Source: Negaprion brevirostris (taxonomy: Eukaryota). Taken from it: a stretch of 64,000 bases of DNA. The DNA lies in contig JARDVH010000031.1 in assembly GCA_030324005.1 (NCBI GenBank), positions 48,834,035-48,898,034 of the forward strand, read 5' to 3'. The position numbers and the translations under genes are program-made. The notes beneath the pieces are model-generated. The model was not told where the DNA came from and searched no databases. It was given only the letters and a program-made list of their open reading frames with translations. Shown here piece after piece: positions 38,771-52,491 of the stretch (the first letter of the stretch is position 1; each line of letters begins with the position of its first letter).

Positions 38771-40373
38771 AATAAACAAATTATTATCTTAATTGTTAAT
38801 TAATGCCTCCAGTCCAGTTTGTGCTATTATTTAAATTAATGTTATACTTTCCCCAATTAAAAATTCCAGGCATAGATAAGAGAGAAAGAGAAAATGATCA
38901 CCAATCAATCTTTCTTGCTCTATCACACTTTGATTTTCTTTAGAATGCTGTGCATGGAATATCAAGCGCACCCCCAACCCAGCTCTTTAGACTTCGTGTC
39001 CGAGTCTCCAGGTTACCCTCTATTTCTGGTCTTCAGCTTATGCTTTCTGCAGCCTGAGAGGAACTAGGAAAAGAGGTACCTCTTTCCCTCTCTGCACCAA
39101 ATTCCCATCTCAACCACATTCCTTAATTTGCATCATCTCCTCCACATGTGTCCCCTTAATCCAAAGTATGGAAACCTGTCTACTTTTATAGAATCATTGG
39201 CAGCTCATTCCCAAGTTACAATACAAGACTAGCTCAGCTTTTTGCTACAATAATTATCACCAATTCAAGGCAATCACTTTCAGCTGAATAACAGATAATA
39301 GCCACTGCCAGACAGCTTCTGGTTTAACTAGGCTACTTAACTGATTTTGCAGTTTGAAAGTTATGTGTTAGGGTCTGACTCTTAAGCTCTTCTCAAGTTT
39401 AAATTTGGATTATCAGAGCTTACCAGTCCTCTTCACATGTCCCCTTACTCCCTGCACAATTTATTCAAAATTCTTGGGTAGGAGCTGGTGTACATTGACA
39501 ATTGTCTCTTTGGGGAAGGAAAAAATATTTGGATAGGCCAAAATAGGACAGGTGAAGAAACATTACAGAATAAATGCAGTTGAATTTCATGGTGTCCTGT
39601 GAAAACATGTGACTATCTAAGGGCAATCAAGTGCAAATGACAACATGAAGACAGGAAACCATCGACCATCCTAAATTCTTACTTCCACCTTCCTACATTT
39701 CCATGTGAATGTGCACTGCTATTTACAAGATACAAATTTATCAAGGCACAGAAACAGGAGGAAAGCCATCCAACCCCCAGCTTGTTACTCCATTCAGTTA
39801 GATTGTGGCTGACCTTAATCTCAACTCCATTTGCCTGCATTTCCTCCATATCACTTGTTACATTCAATGAGCAAAAATTAGATTACACATTTGACAATGC
39901 AACACTCCCTCAATATTGCATTGATGTACCAGCCTGGATTATGTATTTGAGACTTGGAGTGGGCTTAAGCCCATGATCTAATTCAGGTGCAAGTAACACT
40001 ACAGAGCCACTGCTGACTTTGATATCAGGGATGAATTACTGGTCTATGTTTAAATGGACAGGGCTGAGATCTTGAGGTTTTTGAAAATCGAGCCCTTGAA
40101 AAATGAAACGGGGATGCAGTGGCAATTGCTTGGTTTGACAGGTAAAAGATTGGTCTATTCAGCACACCTCTGGAACTGTATGGAGTACTATGATTTAAAA
40201 ATAGCAGTCCATCAAAGATTTGGCTTATCTTCACAATTTTTGTTGTTGCTCACAGCTGGTCATCAGAATCTGATCTTGTGCCTTCACACCATGCAAAGTT
40301 ACTAGGTTGATATCAGAGAGAACTTACACCCATCAGGAAAGGTTGGATAGGCTGTAAATCTTCTCTTCAGAGT

Positions 40374-40870
40374 AGAATCACAGAATGATTACAGCACAGA
40401 AGGAGACCATTTGGCCTTCCCTGTCTTTGCTGGCTCACTGAATGAAGAAGTCACTTCGTGCCATTTCCTCACCTCCCCGTAGGCAGGCATATTTTTTCTT
40501 TTCAGGTAGTAATCCAATTTCCTCTTAAGTGCCTTGATTGCACCTTCCACCACATTCACTGGCAGTACATTCCTGATCCTAACCACTGGCTGCATTTAAA
40601 AAAAATCCTCATGTTGCCATTGCTTTTTTGTTTGCCAATTGCCTTAAATGGGAATAATTTCTCCCTAACCACATTGCCCATACCATCATGTTGTAGAATA
40701 CCTCTATCAAATATTTTCATAATTTCCTTTTCTCCAAGAAGAACAATCCCAACCTGTTTAGTCTAGCCATGTAACTGAATTATTCATCCCTGGAATCATT
40801 TTTGTGATTTATTTCTGCATCCTGTCTAATTCCTTCACATCCTCCCTAAGTGTGATGTCCGGAACTGAAC
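40374..40870 (-). mobile_element. CR1 LINE 3' fragment
   Basis: VVRI.N.LP..VVE...I.A.KRKLD.YL; CR1-type tail. Confidence 0.8.
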
Positions 40871-40967
40871 ATAGGAGTTGCGAAGCACTTTGCAATGTCC
40901 TGAAGTCACAAAATGCTCTGTTTAAAAAAAAAGCTATTTCTTTCTTGTGTGCCATCTCCTGTAGCAA

Positions 40968-42565
40968 ATCATAGAATTTCAGTATTATTATGGAGCAGAA
41001 GGAGCACCATTTGGCCCATCATGTCTGCACCAGTTCTCTGAATAAGCAGTTTAACTTCATGCCATTACTTTGCTTCTTTGATTTGATTTATTATTGTCAC
41101 GTGTATAGAGTGAAAAGTATTGTTTCTTGCACATTTTACAAACAAAGCATACTATTTATAGAGAAAGAAAAGAAAGAGTACAGGATGTAATGTCACAATC
41201 ATAGCTAAGGTGCAGAGAAAGATCAACTTAATGCAAAGTAGGTCCACTCAAAAATCTGATGGCAGCAGGGAAGCTGTTCTTGAGTTGGTTGGTACGTGTT
41301 CTCAAACTTTTGTGTCTTTTTCCAAATGGAAAAAGGTGGAAGAGAGAATGTGTGGGTGCATGGGGTCCTTGATTATGTTGGCTGTTTTTTTGAGGCAGCG
41401 NNNNNNNNNNNNNNNNNNNNNNNNNNNNNNNNNNNNNNNNNNNNNNNNNNNNNNNNNNNNNNNNNNNNNNNNATCAGCTATATCAAACTGTGATACAACC
41501 AGAAAGAACGCATTCTACGGTGCACCTGTAAAAATTGGTGAGAGTCATAGTGGACATGCCAAATTTCCTTAGTCTCCTGAGAAATTAGAGGTGTTGGCCT
41601 TCTTAACTATTGTGTCGGCATGGAAGGACTAGGACAGATTGTTGGTGATCTGGACACGTAAACACTTGAGACTCTTGACCACTTCTACTTTGTCCCCATT
41701 AATGTAGGCAGGGGCATGTCCTCCACTATGCTTTCTAAAGTTGATTGACATTTGCCTTAATTCTGTTGACATTGAGGGAAAGATTATTGTTGTCACGTCA
41801 GTTCACCAAATTCGCTATCTCTTTCCTGTACTCCATCTCATCATTGTTTGAGATCTGACACACTATGGTGGTGTTATTAACAAATGTGAAAATCGAGTTG
41901 GAGGAAAATTTGGTTATGCGGTCATAGATGCATGAGGAGTATAGTAAGGGGCTGAGGACACAGCCTTGGGAGCACCAGTGTTGAAGATAATCATGGAAGA
42001 GGTGTTGTCGCCTATCTTTATTGATTGTGGTCTGTGGGTTAGGAAGTTCAGGATCCAGTCACAGAGGGAGGAGCCGAGGCCCAGGCTATAGAGTTTGGAG
42101 ACTTTAAACTGTGCCCTTCCATTTTCAATCTTTTCATGAATGGGAACATTTGTTCCCTAAGTACTCAGTCCATACCCCACCTGACTTTGAATACTTCTAT
42201 CAAATCTCCACTCAGCCTTCTTTTCTCCAAGAAACAGTCCCAACTTCTCCAAGCTACCTTTGTAACAGAAATTCTGCATCCCTGAAACCATTCCTATGAA
42301 TCTTTTCTGCACTCTCTCCAATGCCTTCACATCCATCCTAAAATGCGGTGTCCAGAACTGGGTGGCAGTGCTGCAGCTGATACCAAACTAATGTCTTATA
42401 CATGTTCAACATAACCTCCTTGCTCCTGTACATTATGCTCTTATTAATAGAACCTAGGATATGCTATGCTTTGTTATCTGCTCCCTCAATCTTTCCTGCC
42501 ACTTTCAATGACATGTATACATATATACCCAGGCCCCTCTGCTCCTGCAACCCCATTTAGACTAT
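40968..42565 (-). mobile_element. CR1 3' fragment interrupted by a Rex1 LINE
   Basis: CR1 tail at 40968-41075 continues at ~42105-42565 (LYK.LV..QL....QFW.P..R.DV.ALERVQ). Confidence 0.75.
41077..42100 (-). mobile_element. Rex1/Babar LINE fragment (RT to 3' end)
   Basis: Homologous to the copies at 10.4 and 28.3 kb; includes W.LNFLTHRPQ and TGAP.GCVLSPLLYS remnants. Confidence 0.88.
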
Positions 42566-42704
42566 GCTTCCAGATGAATAAAAAAGATAAACTAACTGTA
42601 TCATGGAAACACATGGGTATTTCTTAGCATAACAGGCATGCAATACTCTTTGCAAGTATGAAGTGATACCATATTCCTTGTTCCAGAAGCAAGAGCAATA
42701 GATA

Positions 42705-44078
42705 GGGTGGAATTTTCTCAAAAAAATTCAAAGTGTAATACAGGTGAGAAAATGGGAGGTTTTTTCAGCGAGGTAAATCATAGTAATTTACTACACCCTG
42801 TGCAATGCAAGACCATGGTAAGAATCTCCCTTGTGGGGGGTGAGGAGAGAGTTTTATTGTTAGCACGCCCATGGTGGTCAGCTGCTAAGCTTTAGGGGTG
42901 CGATTGCACAGGTGCCCCAATGTTCCAGTGTACTGTGTACACATAGTACACTAGGAGGCCTGTCAATACATTTCCTGTCTGTCTCCACCGATGGCAGCCC
43001 TGAACATCCCAGCGGGCTGTGCCAGGGTGCCTTGTGGGCAATGCCAAGCAGATACTGTCCCGTGGGCACTGTCTGGTCACGCCCCCAACCAGCTGGGGGC
43101 TTCAGTACCCTCCGAACCCACCAATGAGGCCATCACTTCTGGCTCCCGTTGATGGGGATGATCTTTGATCCTCACCAGTGAGGACCTCAACTGGCGAGGG
43201 GACTAAGGTAAGTGAGCTCAGACAATTGTGTCCTAGGCTCGTTAATGACACACAAAACCTGTCTTATATTTCATTGGCAGACTGGGCTGGCAAGATTGCA
43301 AGAGCTGAGAAATCGGGCACGAACCTGATCTATCACCTCTTGCCCTATTTACCAGCTCGCAGTGCCAGAANNNNNNNNAGAGATATGAAAAGCTGTGTTC
43401 GCTCCCAGTTTCTCTTCTCTCATGATGATACGAGCACAGATTTTAATATTGATCAGCTCATTTTAATAAGTTTAGTGAGCCCAAGATGCAATCATCCGGG
43501 CTCACTTGTTTTAATGGTCTTGCTGGTGGAGGTCCACAGTGGCGAAGATTACATAGGGTCCCCCGTCAATAGGGACCAAATGTGATGGCCTCACCAATAA
43601 TACTAGAGGCTGCTGAGGTCCTCCAGGTGGTTGGGGGCAGAGTGCCCCTTGGGCAGAATCAGCCTGGCAATCTGGTACTGACAACTGTGTACCCTGGACC
43701 TGCCAGCCTGACACCCTGGCACTGCCCACTGGGCATCGGGCAGTGCTAATGGGTATGGCCGAAGGGGAGGGGCAGGACTTGATGGGGCAATGTCCAGGAG
43801 GAGGGGGGAAATGACAGTCTCCTAATGCACTATGTATGATTGTACATAATGCAATGGGATATCAGGTGAATGTGCAATATTGCCATCTATCAGTCAACAG
43901 CTGGCTCCTGGCGTCAATAGATGCCTTTTACTCTACCTACTGATGAAAGTCGCACTTTGCCTAAGTTTTTAAAGTGTAATAAGATTTATCTTTTTTCTCT
44001 CGCTGAAAAAATGGGCACAATTCTTTCCTTTTTCATTCTTGTTCAGCACTTAGAATTTTTTTTGGAGAGCTCTTCCCC
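42705..44078. mobile_element. ~1.37-kb Harbinger-type non-autonomous element with an internal inverted duplication
   Basis: ATA on both flanks; imperfect G-rich TIRs; ~43020-43250 is a diverged reverse complement of ~43470-43720. Confidence 0.7.
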
Positions 44079-44118
44079 ATAATGTTTATTGGTTGTTAAA
44101 ATTTTGAAATTCTATTGT

Positions 44119-44296
44119 CATAGAAACATAGGAACTCTACAGTGCGGAAGGAGGCCATTCGGCATATCGAATCTACACCAACCACGATCCCACCTCAGCC
44201 CTGTAACCTCCCCACGTATTTATCCCACTAATCCCTCTAACCTACGCATCCTGGGACACTAAGGAACAAATTAGCATGGACAATGCATCTAACCCT
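44119..44296 (-). mobile_element. HE1-like SINE 3' part
   Basis: catagaaacatagg...ggaggccattcggc...gacactaagg...ttagcatgg.caatgcatctaacc. Confidence 0.8.
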
Positions 44297-44619
44297 TCCT
44301 TGTCAATCTGTCTTGATTTGTGTATTCATTGGTATTAATGTTAAGTGTAAGGCGACAAGAATCTGGAATATGATTCTCCAGTGTGCATTACAGGATGTGA
44401 AACAATTGATATGAACACTGTCAAGTTACTTCACTTCTGGGACAAAGAACATGAGTGTCATGTGACACATCTAAGAAGTATTGCATGTCTGTTGTGCTAA
44501 GGAATACTCATGTTGGGTTCACGAATGCTCCACCCACAGAACTACTTTTTTGTAGATTGTCTGCTGCTGCATTGGATAGCTGATTTCTTGGAATTTCCAA
44601 CTGGCACAGAAAGATTAAC

Positions 44620-45200
44620 TCATCTTTTCAGCTTATAAACATCAGCCAGTTCAGAGTCTCTTTGAGCAGCTTGCTCAGCCTTTTAACTGTATGCAGCCCA
44701 TTATATAACATAACTGTGCCCGTGGCCCACCTGCTTCCCTTCCCCAGCATGTCTCTGGGCTCCTGCTGGAATAATGCATCTTACTTTCACACCCATATTA
44801 CTGAACTTATCTGTCTGTGGTATTTATTGGGGTCAGTCTCCTCCAATTTTCCAGAGTACAAGTCTTGCACTTACTCTGGCTTACCAGGAATGAGAAACTT
44901 CCAACTAGCTTGCTGCTGGATTGAATTGTATTCTTACTGGTCCACTTGTATGGGTGCCAAATGCACCATACCACACCACGTCTCAACATATGAATTTTGT
45001 TTTGGTTAATTTGTAATTCATAGCTTTGCTTTCTGATACAGAATTGTTTTGTTTTGTGCCCTGAAATACCAGTCCAGTTTTGCATACCATTATCCAAGGC
45101 TTTACCAATTCCATTATAAATTGGTGAATATGCGGTCTCAAGGAATGTTGTACAATGGCTGTGATTATTTCCCACTGAGCAAAAAATGTAGCTTTTTTTG
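44620..45200 (-). mobile_element. Ancient Gypsy integrase C-terminal remnant (possible RT remnant at ~47050-47560)
   Basis: TAYSPIYNG (cf. T.YHPQ.NG) and Q.SY.....HL.P.Q.G.VRIQ..W patterns; very degenerate. Confidence 0.4.
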
Positions 45201-45489
45201 AAAGAAACGTGTAAGGTATATATAACTTAAATGTCTGATCTTGTCAAGTTGTAGTGTTCTGGTATTTTTGTAAAATATGTAATTTTCCATGAAGGAGTAG
45301 ACCTTTATTGAGTGGGGTAGTCTTGGCAGATACTCTGCCTTAAACTAGATATTACAGACTTTCCTATGTATTAAACTGTTCTCCATTCAATCCTCTGGAC
45401 ACATGACAAAAAAACTGCATTGTGAAAAATGGAAGGACAAAACTTAAATTATTCATGTCGCAAAAGGTATTTTTGTTCTATTGCATTGT

Positions 45490-46757
45490 TGCATCCAGTT
45501 CTGCTGTAATCAATCAATGGGTTCTCTATTACTGTCTACTGCAATCTCACCATCATTGGCCACTATATGCACTGAGATTCCTAAAGTCCATATACTATAA
45601 GATTGGCGTTATTGGCCTCCTCATCAATAGGTTCTGGGATTTTCCTGTCCTGCTTGCTGCGGGAATTGTATTGGGCGGGACCGAAAATTCAGCGGACCGT
45701 ATAAAGGTCTTTTAACCTTGGGCAGGAATTTCTGGACTTGAGGCATGTGTGGCCAGAAAATACTGCCCAGCATCTGGGTCAGTTGCTCACAATGCAAGCG
45801 TGATGTTGAAATAGGATGTATTAAAGCTCTCCCATGGGATAACAGCTACCCTGATTAGATCATTGCTCACTGTACTTGTGAAAGCTCATGAATGGGTGTA
45901 AGGCTGCCACTTATGTCCTGAAAAAAGCCCAATCTATCTCAATTACTCTGGAAGGATATGGTGTCTCAAAAACATTTGAGCAATAGGTAAAACTAGTTGT
46001 TTCACACCATTACTATGCAGTAGCAACACAACTGCTACTTTCAATTGCCTTCAAGCCAAAAAAGTTCCACCTACCACACAACTGAGTAATGTAGTATATG
46101 AATTTCAGTGCTAGTGTGATGCCAGGTACGTAGGCTGTGTGTCCCAATGACTGGGGGACCATATCAAACAGCATGTTCCTTCGGCTGTTTGCAGTAGGGA
46201 AAGTATTGTCATACTCAACCAGCTCTTACGTGCAAAAGTTTGAACAGAACTACCCAGTGTTAAATGTGATTCTGTGATTGAACAGCACTTATTAAACAAT
46301 CCTGATTATGCTAAGAATTGCATTGACATCCAAGTTGAGATGATCACTTGGCCTCATAGTTTGACTTACTTATGCATGTTTGGAGTTCGCTATATTCTTA
46401 CACGGAGCCCTGTCCTTTGCGAACAGAAAGTTCAGATCCAGCATTGCACCTGTTCAACTGAATAAAAGCTTGGGAAACAGCCATTCCCTTGTTCCATGGC
46501 AATGCCTTGACCAATCAGAGTTGACCTGCCTGGCTTGAATTTAAACAAAATCTTGACAGTTCACTGTTATCTAGTGCATTCTCTATGGAAACACCCCTAC
46601 CAATCAGAGTCCACTTACCAACCAATCAGTACCCTCTTCTCATGCAGTGTAAGTAGCTGTTTTTTAAAAATATTCCTATAAATCTGCCCTGATGAATGCA
46701 AGATACAAAGCATGTTTCTTTTTTCAGCAATAACCAAATTCTGTACTACTAAGCGAT
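45490..46757 (+). mobile_element. Penelope-like element: RT C-terminus, GIY-YIG endonuclease and 3' region (MITE inserted at ~45630-45769)
   Basis: FSITVY...T.IG.Y..*DS, DN.YPD.II, YL.L.W.., then SNVVYEFQC*CDARYVG..SQ.L.D.IKQHVP...CDS.I.QHLLNNP, a GIY-YIG pattern. Confidence 0.85.
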
Positions 46758-48435
46758 GATTAAAATAAAATATTTTATGTGTTTTACTCAATTAATCTGT
46801 AGCTTTGAGCTATCTATAAAATATGTAAAATGTTTAGAATAAAATAAAAATAATATCCTGTACTCTGACTCTGGGCATTTATAATGAAATGCCAGTCATT
46901 AACGTAGTAAATTACAATGCATGTTCTGCCAGTTCTGCTGCTTGGAGGTATTCCTGAGTTAGGTTAATCCAAATGTGCTGAGGTGTTTCTGCTTTGAATT
47001 CACATTCATTGCAATCAGCTCTTTGAAGATCTCAAGTTAATTATATTTGATCCCTTAATGACAATCATTTAGTTTCCATCTTTTAGGTTCTGTGCCAGAT
47101 CTGAAAGGCCAGTACCTTAATGAAATGTTTTCTGATTTACTAAATTTGACAGGGCACTCAGTAAGAAAGTGTACATGTTGATGTGTACATTTAACTGTGC
47201 CAAAATGATTGGATACTCTTGTGAACATCTGTGATGTGATCAGGCCAACCAGCAATAATAACTTGCTTCAGCGGTTGTAGCTACGGGTCTTAGGTATCTT
47301 ATTGTATCATTTCCGCTTGACCATGTCCAAAATTGACCAAGGCAATGTGAAGATTGTCTTCCATCTTGTTTTAGGTATTGTCCATATTGATTTTCTACAG
47401 GCACATCTTTGTTGTTGGCTGGGTTGGGTAACTGATTCGGTGTCAGACGTTACCTGTGTGTCTCTTATGGAGTTAAGTCTTCCTTTGGTGATATCTTGTG
47501 AATGATAATAGCCTTTGTCGCAAATGCTTCAGTTGGTCTGACTTTGGTATGGTGTATAACCAGGTTACATCAAACACACTTTAAAGCTCCAGCTTCATAG
47601 CTTAATATTCTGNNNNNNNNNNNNNNNNNNNNNNNNNNNNNNNNNNNNNNNNNNNNNNNAGATTCTCTTAAACGGTATCGATGAATCAGTCCTGTGTTGC
47701 TGTTTTCCTTTGCAGACCTGCCTACTTTATCCTTTCAACAGAATCATACGTTGATTTTAACAGGACAAGATTGGTGTATGCAGGAGTCCTGGGGAAACAA
47801 TAAATATGCATGTCAAACCTGGAGATTGATAATTCAATGTTTCCTCTTCATATTGAACTCTTCATTGTTGCTTGTTGTTGGCAGGAATCACACCCTGATG
47901 GCAGTGAGAAAAAAATGTAAGTAGCAGGAAGTAGCAACTGGTCACCTAACAGTTAGGCAAATTGTGAGGCCCGGACAGCGTTGTAATCAGAGGAGGGGAG
48001 GATGTCAGAGGCAAAGGAGGCCAGGGTTTCCTTCCTTCTGTACCCAGAGGTCATCTTTCTTGGTTCATAAGGAAAGTTTAAAAAAAAGCTTACCTTAATT
48101 GGCCTCTTTGGCTGCTGATGCAATTCCAGGCTAGTTTGGTTTGGTATTAATTACCAAAATTTCCTGTGGTCAAAACAGCAAATGACAGCACCAGAAATTA
48201 AATTGTAACTTTAGAGAGGACCTGCCCACTTTGAACGCGTGTTCTTGCTAACAGCATATAATTGCAGTCATTCAGAGTGAGGCGTAAAAAGGAGCGGCTA
48301 TGATATTCATTGAATTTTAAGACTGAAGCCGGTGGGAGGAAGGAGACCAGGGGATCACGATTGGTTTGGGTAGTGGGGGTGGGAGGGGGTGCTGGGTCGA
48401 TAAGGGGGACATTTATGTTATAGGGGTGAGGCAGT

Positions 48436-49098
48436 GGGCCCGATTTTACCATTTGGATTCGAAGGGCCAGATCTGGGCGTAATAAAGATCTGAGTCCAGA
48501 ATCCTCTTTGCAGTGCGCCCATATGCTTTTTGCCAGCTTTGTTCCAATCCACGCTACGCGCGGGGCTTAGTGCTGCCGGAACGATTGGAGCTCTGAATTG
48601 TGCGTGTGCAGTTTGGAAAAAATTTTAAAAAGCGCGTTCGGGTCAGGAAAGAAAAAAAGCAGAAAACGGAGATAGCAGCTCTCTGACACAGATCATCCTC
48701 CCCTACCCCCCCCACCTCCCGAGGATGATCTGGGTCAGAGAGCCATTGCAGGCTCTGAAGCCGCTTCGGAGGTTCCCCTGCAAAATAAAAATCAGCTTTG
48801 GATTTTTCTTTTGCAGGTTGCTTACAGCGCGGATCCAGAATGGACCACAAGGAGGTAAAGTGGGATTTGGTGGGAGAGTTGGGCACACGGTTCATTAAAT
48901 GGATTTAAATACATGCTACTGCATTTAAATTGTCCAGCCGCCCGATTTGGTCACGGACTGGATCTGCCCCCAAATCGGATGTTGGTAAAGCCGTGATCTG
49001 CTCGGATTTGGGTGCAGATCGTGTTAAAGGCCCGATACTGGAATTTACCGTGACTTTGCACTCAAAAATGGGCGCGGATGTTTGGTAAAATTGGCCCC
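48436..49098. mobile_element. Non-autonomous Harbinger-type element
   Basis: TIR gggcccgattttacca / tggtaaaattggcccc; flanks AGT/AAT. Confidence 0.8.
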
Positions 49099-49107
49099 AA
49101 TGTCTTT

Positions 49108-49374
49108 GGGGCAATTTCTCCCGCTTTTTGTGGCTCGGGAGCGATGTGACAAGGATGCGCTTCTTCAAATTTTTTCTCATTGTGCACGCGCAGTTCAAAG
49201 CTCTGATCAGAGGTGCAGTATTTCAGGCATGATAAGCCCCGCCCACAGAGTGATTCAGATTCATGATTTTTTTTAGGCTGAGTGTGTATGGGGGTGCCTG
49301 AGAGCAGTTTTCCAAGTCGAAACTGAATTGTGCCCAGATTCAGCACTAAGAATCAAAATGGTAAAATTGGGCCC
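49108..49374. mobile_element. Shorter relative of the 15.3-kb Harbinger-type element
   Basis: Reverse complement aligns with 15347-15570; ends ggtaaaattgggccc. Confidence 0.75.
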
Positions 49375-49605
49375 CATGTGTATATTTATATCCCTTCTTG
49401 AAAACATCAATGGATATCATTCATTAGGTTATAATTAATTACTTCGTTTTTCAAAAATTCCTTGCAATCTTTTTGTTGATAATTGCGATCCACAATAACT
49501 TAGTATGCTACAGGATGTGATGTCCTTTAGGTGAAATATAAATTATGTTCTGTTAAAATGTTTGAACCTAAATCTTAAATAAAAATAGTACAGCTATTGA
49601 CTCAC

Positions 49606-49670
49606 CCCATCTTCCGTTAATGAAGACCATAATTTCTTCCCAAATATTTGAATCTAAATGCTGTAAAGAG
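49606..49670 (-). CDS. Candidate 65-nt exon (SLQHLDSNIWEEIMVFINGRW)
   Basis: ctctttgtttag acceptor, gtgagt donor, phase 2 to 1, compatible with exon 56728-56886. Confidence 0.4.
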
Positions 49671-50177
49671 CTAAACAAAGAGCACTATAATTATCTACAG
49701 TCTTTTGGCTAGGATCAGAGAATAAAACTCACGAATGTTTTGTGTGCTGTCTAAATGGTCAGATTGAAAAACACATGAACATGTTCATCAGGGTAATGTT
49801 TTGGCTCTGGTATTCTGTGAGACTCAGTCCATTTTCACATATGAAACACTGCTGGGCATCCTGTGGCTCTGGAGGTTTACTTCAGCAAAAGGTGACATCT
49901 TCAGGAGAAGAGAGGAGAAAATTGGAAGAAAAATGTCGTAATTTCATAAAACCATGGAATCCATACAGTGCAGAAGGAGGCCAGTCTTAGGCAGGGTAAA
50001 TGATTTAGCTAAGCTTAACATTGCAACACAGTGGTACAGTGGTTAGCACTGCTGCCTCACAGTGCCAGGGACCGAGGNNNNNNNNNNNNNNNNNNNNNNN
50101 NNNNNNNNNNNNNNNNNNNNNNNNNNNNNNNNNNNNNNNNNNNNNNNNNNNNNNNNNNNNNNNNNNNNNNNNNNNNN

Positions 50178-50632
50178 CTGAGAAAGTAGAGGCATTGGTG
50201 GGCTTTCTTAACTATAGTGTTGGCATGGGGGGACCAGGACAGGTTGTTGGTGATTTGGAAACCTAAAAACTTGAAACTCTCGATCATTTCTACTTTGTTC
50301 CCATTGATGTAGACAGGGGCATGTCGTCCACTCTGCTTCCTAAAGTCAGTGACTATCTCTGTTTTGTTGACATTGAGGGAGACATTATTGTCGTCACACC
50401 AGATTCTCAATCTCATTCCTGTACTTCATCTCATCATTGTTTGCAATCCAACCCACTATGGTGGTGTCATCAGCAAACTTGAGAATCAGGTTGGAGGGGA
50501 ATTTGTCTATACAGTCATAGGTGTATAAGGATTATAGTAAGGGGCTGAGGACACAGCCTTGTGGGGCAGTGCTGTTGAAGGTGATCATGGAGAAGGTATT
50601 GTTCCCTATTCTTACTGATTGCAGTCTGTGGG
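50178..50632 (-). mobile_element. Rex1/Babar LINE fragment (a V-SINE head lies at 50022-50077, +)
   Basis: WCDDNNVSLNVNKT.EIV.DFRK...H.PVYING..VE..ESFKFLG.QITNNLSWS. Confidence 0.9.
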
Positions 50633-51698
50633 TGCTGTGGTCTGACCAGAACCTTTGATAATGGTGGCACAACTTATTAGACCATAATCCTCTCAATATA
50701 AGACCAGCATTTCTATTAACCTTTTTGATTATTTTCTGTACTTGTCCATGATGTTTTAATTATCTGTGTGCATGGATCCTTGAGGTTCTTTGGACCGCCA
50801 CTACTTTTAGCTCTTCACCATTTAGAAATAAACACAGTGCTGAGCTTTGACTATCAGAGCAGAAATCAAGCTTTCAGACACAAAGGTCAAGTGGCTCTAC
50901 AAGATATTTTGTCTGTTAAATTAATAGATGCAATTTCTGCACAGATCATTTATTCTGCACCAGACTTCTCACTAAGCACTGCCAGTAAGATACAATGTGA
51001 GCACAGTTTCATTAGATTTGCCCTCCAATGTAAAGAAAAGTCCATTATATGTGCATTAAAAATTGGACCTCATTGGGCAAAGGGGATCGACTACAGGATG
51101 CAACATTTCTGGGCTAGATCAGTATTTGTGTCTTTGGTGTTGGCATTTTACTAAAGGCAAGTTTGCAGACAACCCAACTGGCCACTCTAAACTAACCGTG
51201 GACCCATTGAATCTGCCAATAAGAATTTAAATAACTTGTCTGCATCAAGACAGTCAGGTGTAGGATTTGCTTTGCTTGGTTCTTCTAGCCTAGCCAATGG
51301 CTTTTGAAGTGAAGCTGGAGGCCACTAATCTGAGTGTAAATTAAATTTGGTAAACCTATCTTCCTATGGAGCCAGAGTGAGAATGAGTCTCTGAAACATA
51401 ACTCTCTGAAGGTCAAAATGTTAACTCTGTTTCTCTTTGCACAGATTCTGCCAGACTTGCTGCACGTTTTTCGAGCATTTCTGCTTTTATTCAAGTACCA
51501 CGTGCCATTCATTTATACAACTGGAGGGATCTGGCAGTGCAAGATCATATTTTGGATGGCAAAACCAATTCCATGGACACAACGGTCGCTGTCAGCCTCT
51601 CTTCTTCAGTAAAAGATGTATGCCCGTGCTTGTTCCTTCAGCTGTCCCTCTCCAGGAAGATGGCTCCCACTGAGACCGACAATGTCATTTTATTGCCT

Positions 51699-51953
51699 GG
51701 ATTCAATTCCCTGCTCGGGTCACTGTCTGTGTGGAGTTTTCACGTTCTCCTCGTGTCTGCGTGGGTTTCCTCCGTGTGCTCCGGTTTCCTCCTACAGTCC
51801 AAAGATGTGCAGGTTAGGTTGATTGGCCATGCTAAATTGACCTTAGTGTTAGGGGTAGCAGGGTAAATATGTGAGTTATGGGCATAGGGCCTGTGGCCAA
51901 TGCAGACTTGATGGGCTGAATGACCTCCTTCTGTACTGTAGGGATTCTATGAC
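51699..51953 (+). mobile_element. HE1-like V-SINE
   Basis: V domain gtctgcgtgggtttcctccgtgtgctccggtttcctcctacagtccaaagatgtgcaggttagg; CR1-type tail ..gggattctatga. Confidence 0.9.
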
Positions 51954-52330
51954 TGCAAACAAAATGTTGTAAATTTCTACAGGCCACCACATGCTGAACA
52001 ATTTGGTGTGCAGATCTGGCAGCTTTGCATGAAAGGTTGAGGAGGCAATGGAATATCAATCTCTTGGCAGATCAGAGAGGCAACAAATCACCAAAGCTAC
52101 TCATTCCGTGAACAACGGGTGGAAATATAATTTCATTTGTGAATGGCCTAGCTCTACTGTTAAGATCATATCCTATTATTGAGTCCCCTTTTGTACCTGT
52201 GCACTAGTTTTAATGTAAGTTGTGTACTTGGACACTGATATTTATGTTAAAACTCAAAGGCTCCAGCACAACTTGCTGGGGATCACACTTGTCATATCTC
52301 GTCAATTAGCGTATTTTCTTTTACAATTTA

Positions 52331-52491
52331 AGGTTTATTTATTAGTGTGACAAGTCGGCTTACATTAACGCTGCAATGAATTTACTATGAGAATCCCCTA
52401 ATAGCCTCGCTCTGGCACCTATTTGGATACACCGAGGGTGAATTTAGCATGGCCAATGCACCAAACCAGCACGTCTTTCAGACTGTGGGAG
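52331..52491 (-). mobile_element. V-SINE 3' part, same tail type as 23127-23393
   Basis: tttattagtgtgacaagtcggcttacattaacgctgcaatgaatttact is the reverse complement of that tail. Confidence 0.8.

Noticed and set aside
49702-49717. CTTTTGGCTAGGATCA, a 15/16 match to U2 nt 14-29
   Set aside because: Too short, and lacks the hairpins and tail of the U2-headed element.
50022-50077. tRNA-like sequence
   Set aside because: It is the tRNA-derived head of a V-SINE, not a tRNA gene.
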